Assembly: GCA_032718475.1 (NCBI GenBank)
Contig: JAUCBJ010007724.1
Coordinates: forward strand, 1-53,841
From: Nemertoderma westbladi
Taxonomy: Eukaryota > Animalia > Xenacoelomorpha
DNA: 53,841 bases
Direction of reading: 5' to 3'
How positions within the stretch are numbered: the first letter of the stretch is position 1; each line of letters opens with the position of its first letter. The notes below the pieces were generated by a model. It did no database searches. It was not told the DNA's origin and saw nothing but the letters and a program-made list of their open reading frames with translations. The position numbers were made by a program, and so were the translations under genes. Below, piece by piece: positions 12,531 through 23,711 of this stretch.

Positions 12531-14024
12531 AATCACAGGGGCTACATTACTATCGAATGGGGGTACAGAAATTATGTCGGCAAAAGGGTCCAAAAAGGGC
12601 CAGAATATGATAAATGATTTATAACTAATAACTTTTTAATTTTTAACTCTAGATGTTAAGGTGCATTTTATACGGTTAATATTGATACGGGCAATCCAAA
12701 TATTATATTGGTTTTGCTGCGCAAATGATATAAAAAAAATGAGGGCCGATATTAAAATTTTGCATTTCAAACTGGCTGCGCGGCAATCGCTACTCCATTA
12801 TAATTTAGTGTATTGCGCCAAAAGTACATTTAAAATTTAGCAAATTACCTCCGCTATCTTTTTTCTTAACATTTATAATTAAAATTACGAATTTTAAGGG
12901 TCGAAAAATATCACGTAATTTTGGCCCTTTTTTTCATTTTTTTTGGGGCCAAAAATGACCCCCCTCTCAAAAGATAGAAAAAAAATTACGGCAAAGAATA
13001 TACCACTTTTATTGAATTTGGACCACCAGAAACGAAGTTAGAGCGATTTTAGTGAAAAAATAAAAAAAAATTTATTTTTGCAAAATTTCAAAATGGCCTA
13101 TATTGGTTTTCGAACCCGCGAACTCCGGTTTCAATGTAACTGTTAACCAAGTTAAATTTTTATTTTCGAGTAACTATTTTTAAACATCAATAACTTTGGT
13201 TCTACTGGGGCGTTTGATCTGAAACTTTTTTCATTGGATAGAGGATAGATTGTAGTGTGCGAAATAGGCAACAACTTGGGAAAAGACTTATGTGCACTTA
13301 CTGCAAAATGTACTTAAAAAGTGCACATTTTTTCGATATTTCATACACTATTATTTCCAGTTCTATACATCCTTGAATGTTATTTTTTGCGTTAAAATGT
13401 AGTTTGGAGTGATTTCTAACTATAATCTTAACATTTGTTTATCTTTTTATGTCTATAAAGTGACTTAAAATGTCCATGAATATGGTCCAAAATCGCAAAT
13501 GTCGCGATTTATTAAATTGGATTTTTGACACTTTTAGCGACTGACACTTGATCATGCACCATCGTAGATCGGTAGAGGATAGACATAAGTGTGTTAAATA
13601 GGAACCACCTTTAGGATCCGCTAAAGTGCACTTGTGCAAATATGTGTGCAAATGTGCAATTTTTTTTAAGTTCAAATGGTGTATTATTGGGTTCTTTTCG
13701 TTGCAGATACTTTATTTTCATATTAATATGTTGTTTGGACCATACTGAGCGCATTAGGAGTATGTGTACAAATAACCGGTCCTTATAAGGGTTCGATTGG
13801 TTAAATTAATAATAAATATGGTTGTAATATTCTAAAAACCAATGTGATCTTAAATGAACTTTAAACAACAGATAAGGTATAAAATGCTGAACTTCGAACT
13901 ATGGTTCTGGAGTAATTTTTAATACATCAACATCTGTAGGGATTTACCCATAAATGAAATGAAACTTTACTTCTTTACTTTTTTTTTTACAAGTACTGCA
14001 TCTTAAACAATAGTTGGTAAGTAT

Positions 14025-14720
14025 ATGTTAAAAAATATCGTAAAAAGGAGAGTAGCAATGGGACTAGCAATGGAACTAGCAATGGGGAGTGGTTACCATA
14101 CTCCCGGGTGGCTAAAAAGTTGTCGGAGGGCCACGGATCACCACAAGTCGTGGGAAGCAGTTATGGTTGCCTTAACTGGTGCTAAGAGAGCCCAACTGCA
14201 AAGATTTGTAGGTACTATAAACACTACACTCTCAGAAATAGAGGTAATTATTACTAAACTCCAGGCCTTTCTGGATCAGTGTCAAAATTAGGGGTTTACT
14301 GCCATGATGCAGTATAATACCACATATCTATTAGCTATAGTTTTTCTGCGGATTGGGATACGTCGCAATCGCGCCGATTTTGTGTTATGCGCCCTTTTGA
14401 AATTTGCCCCGCTATTTTATACACGTGGGCATAAGCACTACCAAAAGATTGTGGAATACTACGTTACACAACGGCTGTGTTTACAACCGGAAGTTTTACA
14501 ATTTTTGGAAAGTGGAACATCCTATAAACGGACGCCGACTTCGACCAACGGCGAAGGGGGTGACTACCTATTAGAAGGTATTCACCAAATGCTGAAACAC
14601 TTACACCCCCATGGTGTACCACGCACGCAGTATGGGTAAGTGGGAGGAATTGTATGGGTTGGTGTCTGTAGTAAACGAGCTGCGGAGCAATTTATTACAG
14701 ATAAACAAATCAACCCTTGG
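14025..14720 (+). pseudogene. Degraded DUF6589-like coding segment, copy 2
   Basis: CRRATDHHKSWE..LRIGIRRNRADF..LLKFAPLFYTRGHKHYQKI..EGGDYLLEGIH..KWEELYGLV. In-frame stop at 14289-14291 and a frameshift near 14635. Confidence 0.55.
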
Positions 14721-14838
14721 CAAATATACTAGGGCGGTGCGTTTTTTACTTTTTTTCGATTTCATTGTTCTACCGGTGCATAAAAGTTGCCAAATGGTAA
14801 AAAATTAAGGCAAAAAAAATTTCTATAAATTTTGTCTA

Positions 14839-16037
14839 TATATTCATGGATCCCAAGGGGTTGAAATTTTGAGCCATCGCTATGCACCATAATGAAATTT
14901 ATAACTATATAACACATTGATGAAAGAAAGATCAATGATGCAAGAAAGAACTTCCTTCATGCATCAAATGTCATCAAATGGGTCCAAACTTAGTTTGATA
15001 CCAAAATTTTAATTTTTGGATCAAGAGAACTAGTGCCACAGGCACATAGGTAGAACCTACCCTTTGGTGCAAGTGACGATTATTCTCAATTTTCGCGATG
15101 GCCAACTTTTAGTTCTCCTACTGCTTTAATATTATGCTCATTAGAACCGCAATGACCGATTTAATGGGGGTAGACACCATCAAAACAAGCATAGAGCGAA
15201 TAGTTCTTGAGATATCGCAGAAAATGTGAAGTCCAGCACAAGTCAACATTACAGCCTTGATGCGATATGGACAAATATACTAAAAATGATACTTTGAATT
15301 ATCTCAAGGAATCAAGAATAGACACACCACAGAAAATGATAAATTTAGTACGTGTGTGTAGACACCTTCAAAATAAGAGTAGAGTCAGTAGTTCTTGAGC
15401 TATTTTACAAAATGTCAGGACTATGTCCACCAATTTATTGATACTTGATATTGAGTTGACCCATTCCACACATTTTGTACAAAAACTATAGTGAACTAAT
15501 CACTACTCTTTCATTTTGAAGGTGTCTGTATACACTAACTAAATCAATTTGTTGCAGTGATTTGTATATTTTTTATGCCTTAAGATAATTCAAAGTATCA
15601 TTGTTAGTGTATTTGGCTTCAAGGCGGTAATGTAGACTAGCGCCAGACTTCCCATTTTCTGCGTTATCTCAAGAACTATTCGCTCTACGTTTGTTTTGAA
15701 GTTTTCTACCCCCACTAAATCGGTCATTGTGGTTCTAATGAGCATACTATTAATGCAGTAGGAGTACTAAAAGTTGGCCATCACAAAAATTGAGAATACT
15801 CGTCACTTACGCCAAAGGGTAGGTTCTGGCCATGTGCCTATGGCACTTGTTCCCTTGACCCAAAAATAAAAATTTTGGTTTCTAACTAAGTTTTGGCCCA
15901 TTTGATGACATTTGATGCATGCAGGAAGTTCTTTCTTGAGTCATTGATCTTTCATCAATGTGTTATATTGTTATAAATGTCATTGTGGTGCATCATGAAG
16001 GCTTAAAATTTCAACCCCCTTGGGATCCGTGGATGTA
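14839..16037. mobile_element. Foldback-type non-autonomous transposon (about 1.2-kb near-complete palindrome)
   Basis: The left arm TATATTCATGGATCCCAAGGGGTTGAAATTTT... pairs with ...AAAATTTCAACCCCCTTGGGATCCGTGGATGTA. The arms align for about 590 bp each toward a centre near 15440. TA at both ends. Confidence 0.92.
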
Positions 16038-16710
16038 TTGTTGTCTCCCAGGGGTTTTAAGGTTGATCAGGATGGTTCAGTGCGATTGCGTATTTGTTTG
16101 ACCTGTTTGAACTCGATCAAAAACGCAGTTATTAAGAAACCACCAAAACTCTCTATCGCAAATGGTTTCTTGTTGGGGAAAGTTCCTGCGGCACTTGCTG
16201 ACGCAACCGACGCCGAGTGGAATTTGGTTGTTTGCAAAACGCCGACCTGTAAGACTGTAGTTGTATGAGGCGGCACGAATAAGATGATGCAGTCGCATGT
16301 GTTAGTTTGGGGACAACCTGACACTCCTGCTGCAATTCAACTACCTCGAGTTCTGCAGGACTCCATTTCGGCGTTTCGGGTGATTCTAGCCGGAGCGTTA
16401 ACTTCAGTCCAACGTTTACTGGCTATGAAACGCTGCACCATCTGACGCGATAAAGTAAACGCGCTCCTTATGTTTCTACTCGCCAATAACCGTCTCTACG
16501 GCGATGTGGAGTGCATTCAGGGGCGGTTAGACGAACTGCTCGCCGATGACATCCCAAGTTCGATGATCAGCTCTGTCGTCGACGAAACAACGGAAATGGA
16601 ACGGGGGGAACCTATGTCGTCTCACACTCGCCCCGCTGATATTGTGAACGTCGCTGACCTAGAGGAGGGTGTCGAACATACAGACACCTCTATATTCTCT
16701 TCTAACCAGG
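16038..16710 (+). pseudogene. Helitron-type Rep-helicase N-terminal fragment (DUF6570-like)
   Basis: CLTC..PPKLSIANGFLLGKVPAALADATDAEWNLV, then SHVLVW..LPR..VILAG..RDKVNALLMFLLANNRLYGDV. Contains stops; the 5' part is cut by the foldback element. Confidence 0.7.
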
Positions 16711-16864
16711 TTGGTGTTTTTTGGTACTTTTAATAATCGATGGGCTGAATTAGTGTATTTGGTTTATTGTTTTACTATAAATTATTAATATGGATGTAAA
16801 TTGGAATATTTCACTTATATCAGAGTCTATCATGGTTAAAATGTCAGACGAATTTAGTTATTGT

Positions 16865-17150
16865 TCTGGTACCAGTACAAGTACCTGTAACAGTACAAGT
16901 TACTGTAACAGAACAAGTACTGGTAACAGTACAAGCAGCTGAGTCAGTACAAGTACCGGTACAAGTACCAGTTCCATTGCAAGTACCGGTACCAGTACAA
17001 CTACCGGTACTGGTACCAGTACAGGTACCTGCATCAGAACAATTTCAAGTACCGGTTATAGTACAAGTACCTGCAACAGTACAAGTACGAGTACCGGTAC
17101 CAGTGCAAGTACCAGTATTAGTACAAGTACCTGTAACAGTACAAGTACTT
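16865..17150 (+). repeat. Degenerate minisatellite of GTACAA/GTACCA/GTAACA hexamer-based units
   Basis: Repeated GTACAAGTACCTGTAACA-type units. These produce the spurious VPVQ ORF 16977-17216. Confidence 0.9.
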
Positions 17151-17923
17151 TCGCATCCTTCACCGTCTTACCTTGGTCATCAGTACTCTGTGAGTCGACC
17201 TGTAATGGTGGTTTAAATTCCATGGGGTCATCGGGTTTGGGTAGACTTGTATGTCTACTGTATGTGCCATGTATATGTACAGTATAATTAAATTATTATT
17301 ATTTAAAAAGCGAAAGTGCAGCAAGAGCAGAAGAGTAACACACAAATTATTGCACACTACATTTATCCCTTGATAAATGTAAACTGATGTTCAAATTATA
17401 TTCCCACATTATATCATTCCTACATTATTCCTATATCATTCCTACAGCCACAAACCCATCTTAGCGAATTACTGTATGTGTACAATCACATCCCTCATCC
17501 TACAGTCAAAGTAAGTCCGACTACACCCCCACCCCCCCTCTCCCACTGAGTGAGTATCTCCAATTATAATTCCTCAGAAGTAATACTTGAATGACCCCAT
17601 ACCGGTATAATGGAGGTGGTAATCATAAAATATCCCCCCCCCCTCCCCCCTAACTGTATTTATGAGAGCATTTATATTATAAGCGTACTAAAACAGCTAA
17701 ATAAAGTAAAAGTACTTTTCTCATATTTTAAATAAATTTTACGAATTAAATATATGAACTTGTTATTTTTATTACCAATCGAATAGAATAAAAGTAAATA
17801 ATAAATTAATTATTACGCTGCAAGTGCTAGCACACTGCTTATAACCTAAGTGACATGTGACAGGTAGGTAAAGGTGTGTTTTGTGTTAATTATTAGATGA
17901 GTAAAAAAATTACGCCTTATGCC

Positions 17924-19290
17924 TTATAAGACCTTATGCATTGATTGTGGCATGTAGTACCATGGAGAAAGGGTTACATAACGTCTAGCTGTTTCAAGGG
18001 CATATTCTTGAAATTTGTCAGCATCAACATCGAAGCCACAACAAAGAGAAATTAGGATGTTGTGCTGTCGATCTAGGAATGATTTGTCGATGCCAAGTAT
18101 TCTGGCAGAGACCTCAGCATTTTGGAATACCCTTCTTGCTGTATTTCCATCATTGGAAGTACCAGAGCCACCAGATTTGGGTTGATCTATGATTAACCCA
18201 AGTTCAGTATGAAACTGGTCTTGAATCAGTGCCTTCTCCATTTTCATAATCTGCTTTGCAGTTTTACCCCTAACAGACCATACTTTAAGTGTTCTTCTGT
18301 AGGCTATATGCAGCAAGCATTCCAGAAAACGGATCCACTGATGAAGTTTGGAAAGACCATGGTGGTACATGGAGTTCTTTTCTGTGACTTTTCTCTTCAA
18401 CAGAAGGTCAATTTCATTCATATGTGAAGGTGTGGCGCCACAGAAAGAACCACTTTGGCTGCTGTCAGTCATATCAGACAGCGCGGTGTGTACCTTGCCA
18501 TCTATCATTGTTACATCAATTATGTGCATTACTGAGAGCTTAGACAGAGAGGTATCAGCAGGGATGACTTCACTACAGCTTGATTTTACATCAGCTATCT
18601 CTTTAAATAGCCTCTCTTGCTCATCGGTGATTCGCTGAGTTGTTTCTTTGGTATACTCAAAGCGAACTGGTCTACAATATATTTATAAGGTAGACGAAGG
18701 ATGGTGGTTTCGCCATACAACCTTATGATGTGGGCTGTATTCTGTAAAAGCTCGGAGTTAGTTCTAGTGGAACGAAGCATGTAATGAATATGGATGAGTC
18801 ATCAGCAAAGTTTGCTCCAGAACTTGGAAGCTGTTTGTATGAGGACTGCCCAGTGCTCCCATCAAAACCCACCTTGCTTCGCAACACCATTCGGAAAATA
18901 TCGCCCGTATTAGTGTGTTAATTTAGTGTGTTAATTGAGTGAATTACTTCACTACTAGTGTCACAAATATGTTTGGTGGTATGCTCAAGCAGGTTTTGCA
19001 ATGGGACAGATGCCTGATAATCCTGGGAATTTATTCCTAATGGGTAACACCTATTTTTGGCTTCCCGGATGTGATTGTATGCTGGGAGATGTTGACACCC
19101 TTAGAACATGCTTTGTTTCTGATTATCTGGTACATTGATTTACTTAATTTTCCATCGAGCATTAGTGCAAGATCTCATCATCAGAATATACTACGGATGA
19201 TTCGGGTTCGGTAGAAACATGCTTGATGATTTCAGATGTACGTTTTCTACCTTCAGCTTTCAAGGAAGCTGCAGTTGCTGCGACAAGAGT
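17924..19290 (-). pseudogene. Transib (RAG1-like core) transposase, decayed and 3'-truncated
   Basis: YNHIREAKNRCYP; KVGFDGSTGQSSYKQ; TMIDGKV; GLSKLHQWIRFLECLLHIAY; GSGTSNDGNTARR; WYYMPQSMHKVL. Ends before the catalytic Glu. Confidence 0.92.
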
Positions 19291-19356
19291 TCTAATTTGT
19301 ATAATGTGTTCAGGTTTTCTTGTCAATTAGAGGGGGGGGGGGGGGGGGGGGGGGGG

Positions 19357-22300
19357 ATATCGGGGTATTGATTAGGCCAACTCTCTGAGGCCTGTCAGCC
19401 TGAGGCGCTGTGGGGCGTCTTACTGCTGTACCGTACCAGTCAGCCGGTACTGCTGTATGCGGTATGCTGTAGGCCTATCGAACCGGACTGCCGGTACCTC
19501 AGTTCATTGTAGTGTAGAGTAGACCTACACGTCTTCTTACTTCTTCTTGTTCTTGGTACGTCTAGCGGTACCAGTACTCTGGTACTGGCTACTGATATAC
19601 TACCGGCAGACCAGTACCTAGCCTACCTGTCTACATGACGCCTGCAGTGTATCATAGATATATAGATCTGTATTAAAACCAGAATATAGTACAGCAATAA
19701 TAGTGAGATATCTGGATATGGCTATCTCTAACAGTGGTACAGTTAGTTATGAAGTTCGGGGTTCTCAAACTTCTGCAACTGTTGATGCTTTGGTAATACA
19801 TGTTGAAAAGATTCAAACTGATATACTGTCCGTACTGCTCGGTCAATACCGGTACTCGACGTCGACACAGCAGCCTACACCCAGCACTGACATACAGACA
19901 TACACGGGTTCATTTATTATTAATTGACAATTATTACTGTATTATGGCACTACTCGTGGTAATGGCGGTTCTCGTTATGGTTGGTCGATTGCTGGCGGCA
20001 GATGTAATTCCTGTGAGAAAGGATCCGGTGAGCCTTCAACCAATTCCCGTATTGGATGTCTTCACAGTGTTCCAAATCAACGGAGAATATCGTGGCTGGC
20101 GACTACCAACTGTGGCGGATCTCTGGACAATGAACGGTGTGAGTCTCTTTGCTCGAAGTAGGAGGAATGCTGGTCCAGTGAGATTTAGTGGGTGGACTTC
20201 CCAACTCTGCGCGTTGATTCTTGCTGGAGATGTCGAGGTAAATCCAGGGCCTAGCAGGACGATGAAGAAGACCTGTGCGATATGTAAACACGGAGCAAAC
20301 TCGCGAAGCAAGATCGTTGAGTGCGAGAAATGTGTAACCTTTTCCCATGCCAAGTGCTACCGTAGGTCTTTAAATAAATATTCCACCCTCAGAAACAGTA
20401 ACAGCCCAATTTATTTTTGTAACAGTTGTATTCTATCTGAACTCCCATTTTTTGAAGATTCCTTAGATAACGAACTTGACGAACCTATCGCCTCACCCTT
20501 GCAACAACCAAGTGAGGCCGAGGGTGACACCTTCCAATATTTTAAGAGAAAAGGCTTACATTTTCTACATCTAAACGTGCGATCTTTGCTTCCAAAAATA
20601 TCGGAACTTAAAATTCTATCAGTTAAAACGAACGCCGCAATAATCACAATTTCCGAAACATGGCTGGATGATACTGTTTCTGACGGTGAGGTACACATTA
20701 ATAACTATGTAATTGTACGCAAGGATAGGAATAGGGATGGAGGCGGGGTGTGTATGTACATCAGGAATGACTTAGCTTTTAATCGTAGAGAAGAATTAGA
20801 GACTTGCGATGAGATTTTACTGCTCGAACTTTTACTACCAAAAACTAAACCAATTATTATCGCTAGCGTTTACAGGCCGCCAAAACAAGATAATTTTTTA
20901 GAAAATCTAGAAAATAAAATCTTAGTGAATCTTAGGTCTGACTGTGAAATTTATTTATTAGGAGATTTTAATATTTGTTTTCATCAAAAAGCCTCAGCTA
21001 TTTGTAGAAAATATCAAAGTGTTCTGAATTTATTTGGTTTAAAACAATTAATAAGTGAATCAACTAGAATTACAAGTAAAACTTCCACCCTATTAGATCA
21101 TATTGTTATTAATAATAGAGATATGGTATCTCAGTCTGGTGTTTTATCTATAGGTGTAAGTGATCACTTTATTGTTTTTTGTACAAGGAAATCTCAAAAG
21201 TATTTTTATGGGGAACATAATAGTGTCAAAATTAGGTCTTTAAAGAACTACAGTAAGCAACAATTTATAAATATTTTAACTAACTCCAACTGGGAACCAT
21301 GTTTTAAGGCAGCTAATATTAACCTTGCTTATGCAATTTTTAAAAATTTATTTTTGAACGCTCTTGATTCTGTAGCACCCATTAAAGAAGTTCACTTAAA
21401 ACAAAGAACAGAACCGTGGATGACTGCTAATATTCTTAAGGTTATAAAGGATAGGGATTGCTTATTGTATAGATTTAGAAAATATGGTATTTTAACTGAT
21501 TATAATAATTACTGTAGGTTAAGGAACTTAGTACAGCGTGAAATTAAAAAAGCGAAATCCGAATTTTTGTACAACAAAATTGATGAAAATAAGGATAATC
21601 CAAAATCACTTTGGACGACATTAAAATCTTTAGGGTATAAAAGCACAAATTCAAAATCGAATATAGTCTTGCAGGAAAACGGGGAGCTCATTCATGAGCC
21701 TAAGATTATAAGTAATTTATTCAATAACTATTTCATTAATGTAGCCTCGAATCTTGTCCAAAAATTGCCAATTGCTAAAAATAAATACAGTCTAAATTCG
21801 GAAATACTAAACAAATTTTACTCGGAAAAGGTTAAGAATTCTCCAAAGTTATTTTTACAGCCTGTCTCAGAAGCTTATGTATTGAAAAATCTTGTCAGTA
21901 TTTCGTCATCTAAAAGTACTGGACTGGACCAGATTCCAGCAAGGTTTCTTAAGGATGGTGCGGAAGTGCTAAAGATTCCTATTACTTACATAATTAACTA
22001 CTCAATTTTAGAAAATGTAGTCCCGGATGATCTTAAATTGGCGAAGGTTGTTCCAATATTTAAAAAGAACAGTAAATTAGAAACCAGTAATTACAGGCCC
22101 ATTAGTGTGTTAAGTATTGTATCCAAAATTCTTGAACGTTCAGTGTACACTCAGCTAGAGTTCCATCTTAACAAACTCAATTTAATATACGAATTTCAAT
22201 CTGGCTTCCGTAAATCTTACTCTACAGATAGTTGTCTAATCAATTTGACGGATAATATTAGGTGTAACAACGCGAAGGGATTGTATACCGGTATGGTAAT

Positions 22301-23711
22301 GTTAGATTTACAGAAGGCCTTTGACACGGTTGATCACGAAATATTACTAGGAAAACTAGATCTTATGGGTGTGGGCTCAATTAATTGGTTCAGGTCATAC
22401 TTATCAGATAGGGGTCAAGTTGTAGATATAAATAAAACTCAGTCCTCAGTTCAGAAAATTAAGTGTGGAGTACCGCAGGGTAGCATCTTAGGGCCGTTGC
22501 TGTTTGTATGTTACGTAAATGATATGATTAGTAGCATAGATCCGGACTTTAAACTAATATTATACGCTGATGATAGTGCATTAATCTTTTCTCACAGGGA
22601 CCCGGACACAATTTGTGAAAAACTAGGCAAAGTTCTAGAATCCTGCAACGAATGGCTCATCGATAATAAGCTTTCAATCCACTACGGCAAAACTGAAAAT
22701 ATTTTATTCGGCTCGAAAAGAAAATTAAACAAGTTCCGAAACTTTGAAGTAATTAGCAACGGCCACAAAATTGAAAATAAAAAAGAAGTTAAATATTTAG
22801 GCTCCAAATTGGATTGTAGTTTATCCGGAGAAAGCATTGTTAAAAATATTATTGCAAAAGTTAATGGCAGACTAAAGTTTCTTTATCGACATAAAAATAG
22901 CCTAAATTTTAATTCTCGTAGGTTGCTTTCTTCATCTTTAATTCAATGTCATATTGACTATGCAAGTTCATCTTGGTATGAAGGCTTAACTAAAAATCTC
23001 AAAAATAGGTTACAAACAGCTCAAAACAAGGTAGTACGTTTTATTAATGATTATAAACCACGTCACCATTTAACCCCTGAAGATTTTAATCAGTCTGGTT
23101 TAATTCAAGTAGACAGTAGAGTAAAGCAGCTTCGGCTCAACCATGTACATAAAGTTTTCAATGATAACTGCCCTAAATACTTAAATCAAAAATTTACCAA
23201 ACTGAGTGATACACATTCATACGGCACCAGAGCCAGCACATCAAATTTTTATGTTCCCAATTGTATATCCTTTGAAAGCGAAACGTTTTTCTTTAATGGA
23301 ATAAAGAATTGGAATTCCTTACCGAATAACATTAAAAATATTAAAAATGAACATGCCTTTAAGTCTGCAGTAAAATCCCATCTCCAAGACCAGTGCAAAT
23401 TCTTATATAGCAGTATTTAGTTTAGTTCAATATTAAATAGGTGCATGTGCAATAATTAGTAATAATGTTCAATTTTGTATTTCTTGTATCTTATTTAGTT
23501 TAAATTATATAATTATTCTATATACAGTAGTTAGTTTAGTTTGTATTGGTAACCAAGTAACTTGATGGACCCCCTTGGAAATAAGCTGCAAAGCTTTAGG
23601 GGTTATCCTTTATGTTATGTTGGACAATACTTACTATACATTAATAATTTTACTGAGTTAATGTATTGGTTTCTATTGTTTGCATAATATATAAATAAAT
23701 CTATCTATCTA
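19357..23711 (+). mobile_element. CR1/L2-group (Crack/Daphne-like) non-LTR retrotransposon, apparently near full length
   Basis: Contains the long intact ORF. The 3' UTR has a stem-loop (GGACCCCCTTGG..TTAGGGGTTATCC, 23567-23608) and ends AATAAA followed by (TCTA)n. 5' boundary uncertain; no TSD found. Confidence 0.85.
19944..23420 (+). CDS. LINE polyprotein: leader peptide - 2A-like motif - PHD finger - APE endonuclease - reverse transcriptase
   Basis: Uninterrupted frame (track ORF 19800-23420; first in-frame ATG at 19944). Motifs GDVEVNPGP; CAIC..CEKC..HAKC..FCNSC; HLNVRSL, ISETWL, VYRPP, GDFN, LDHI, SDH; NYRPIS, QSGFR, LDLQKAFDTVDH, GVPQGSILGP, YADD, KYLG. Confidence 0.96.
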   Translation: MALLVVMAVLVMVGRLLAADVIPVRKDPVSLQPIPVLDVFTVFQINGEYRGWRLPTVADLWTMNGVSLFARSRRNAGPVRFSGWTSQLCALILAGDVEVNPGPSRTMKKTCAICKHGANSRSKIVECEKCVTFSHAKCYRRSLNKYSTLRNSNSPIYFCNSCILSELPFFEDSLDNELDEPIASPLQQPSEAEGDTFQYFKRKGLHFLHLNVRSLLPKISELKILSVKTNAAIITISETWLDDTVSDGEVHINNYVIVRKDRNRDGGGVCMYIRNDLAFNRREELETCDEILLLELLLPKTKPIIIASVYRPPKQDNFLENLENKILVNLRSDCEIYLLGDFNICFHQKASAICRKYQSVLNLFGLKQLISESTRITSKTSTLLDHIVINNRDMVSQSGVLSIGVSDHFIVFCTRKSQKYFYGEHNSVKIRSLKNYSKQQFINILTNSNWEPCFKAANINLAYAIFKNLFLNALDSVAPIKEVHLKQRTEPWMTANILKVIKDRDCLLYRFRKYGILTDYNNYCRLRNLVQREIKKAKSEFLYNKIDENKDNPKSLWTTLKSLGYKSTNSKSNIVLQENGELIHEPKIISNLFNNYFINVASNLVQKLPIAKNKYSLNSEILNKFYSEKVKNSPKLFLQPVSEAYVLKNLVSISSSKSTGLDQIPARFLKDGAEVLKIPITYIINYSILENVVPDDLKLAKVVPIFKKNSKLETSNYRPISVLSIVSKILERSVYTQLEFHLNKLNLIYEFQSGFRKSYSTDSCLINLTDNIRCNNAKGLYTGMVMLDLQKAFDTVDHEILLGKLDLMGVGSINWFRSYLSDRGQVVDINKTQSSVQKIKCGVPQGSILGPLLFVCYVNDMISSIDPDFKLILYADDSALIFSHRDPDTICEKLGKVLESCNEWLIDNKLSIHYGKTENILFGSKRKLNKFRNFEVISNGHKIENKKEVKYLGSKLDCSLSGESIVKNIIAKVNGRLKFLYRHKNSLNFNSRRLLSSSLIQCHIDYASSSWYEGLTKNLKNRLQTAQNKVVRFINDYKPRHHLTPEDFNQSGLIQVDSRVKQLRLNHVHKVFNDNCPKYLNQKFTKLSDTHSYGTRASTSNFYVPNCISFESETFFFNGIKNWNSLPNNIKNIKNEHAFKSAVKSHLQDQCKFLYSSI

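Noticed and set aside
12534-13790. Possible Transib-like non-autonomous insertion starting CACAGGGG
   Set aside because: No matching right TIR or TSD found; probably a DNA-transposon fragment but unclassifiable.
16977-17216. VPVQ-repeat ORF
   Set aside because: By-product of a minisatellite.
19333-19356. Long G/C homopolymers (also near 433, 3672, 29846, 31278, 43348, 44617)
   Set aside because: Frequent throughout the window, with unreliable lengths and no specific function supportable. The run near 43348 makes the downstream frame of that ORF uncertain.
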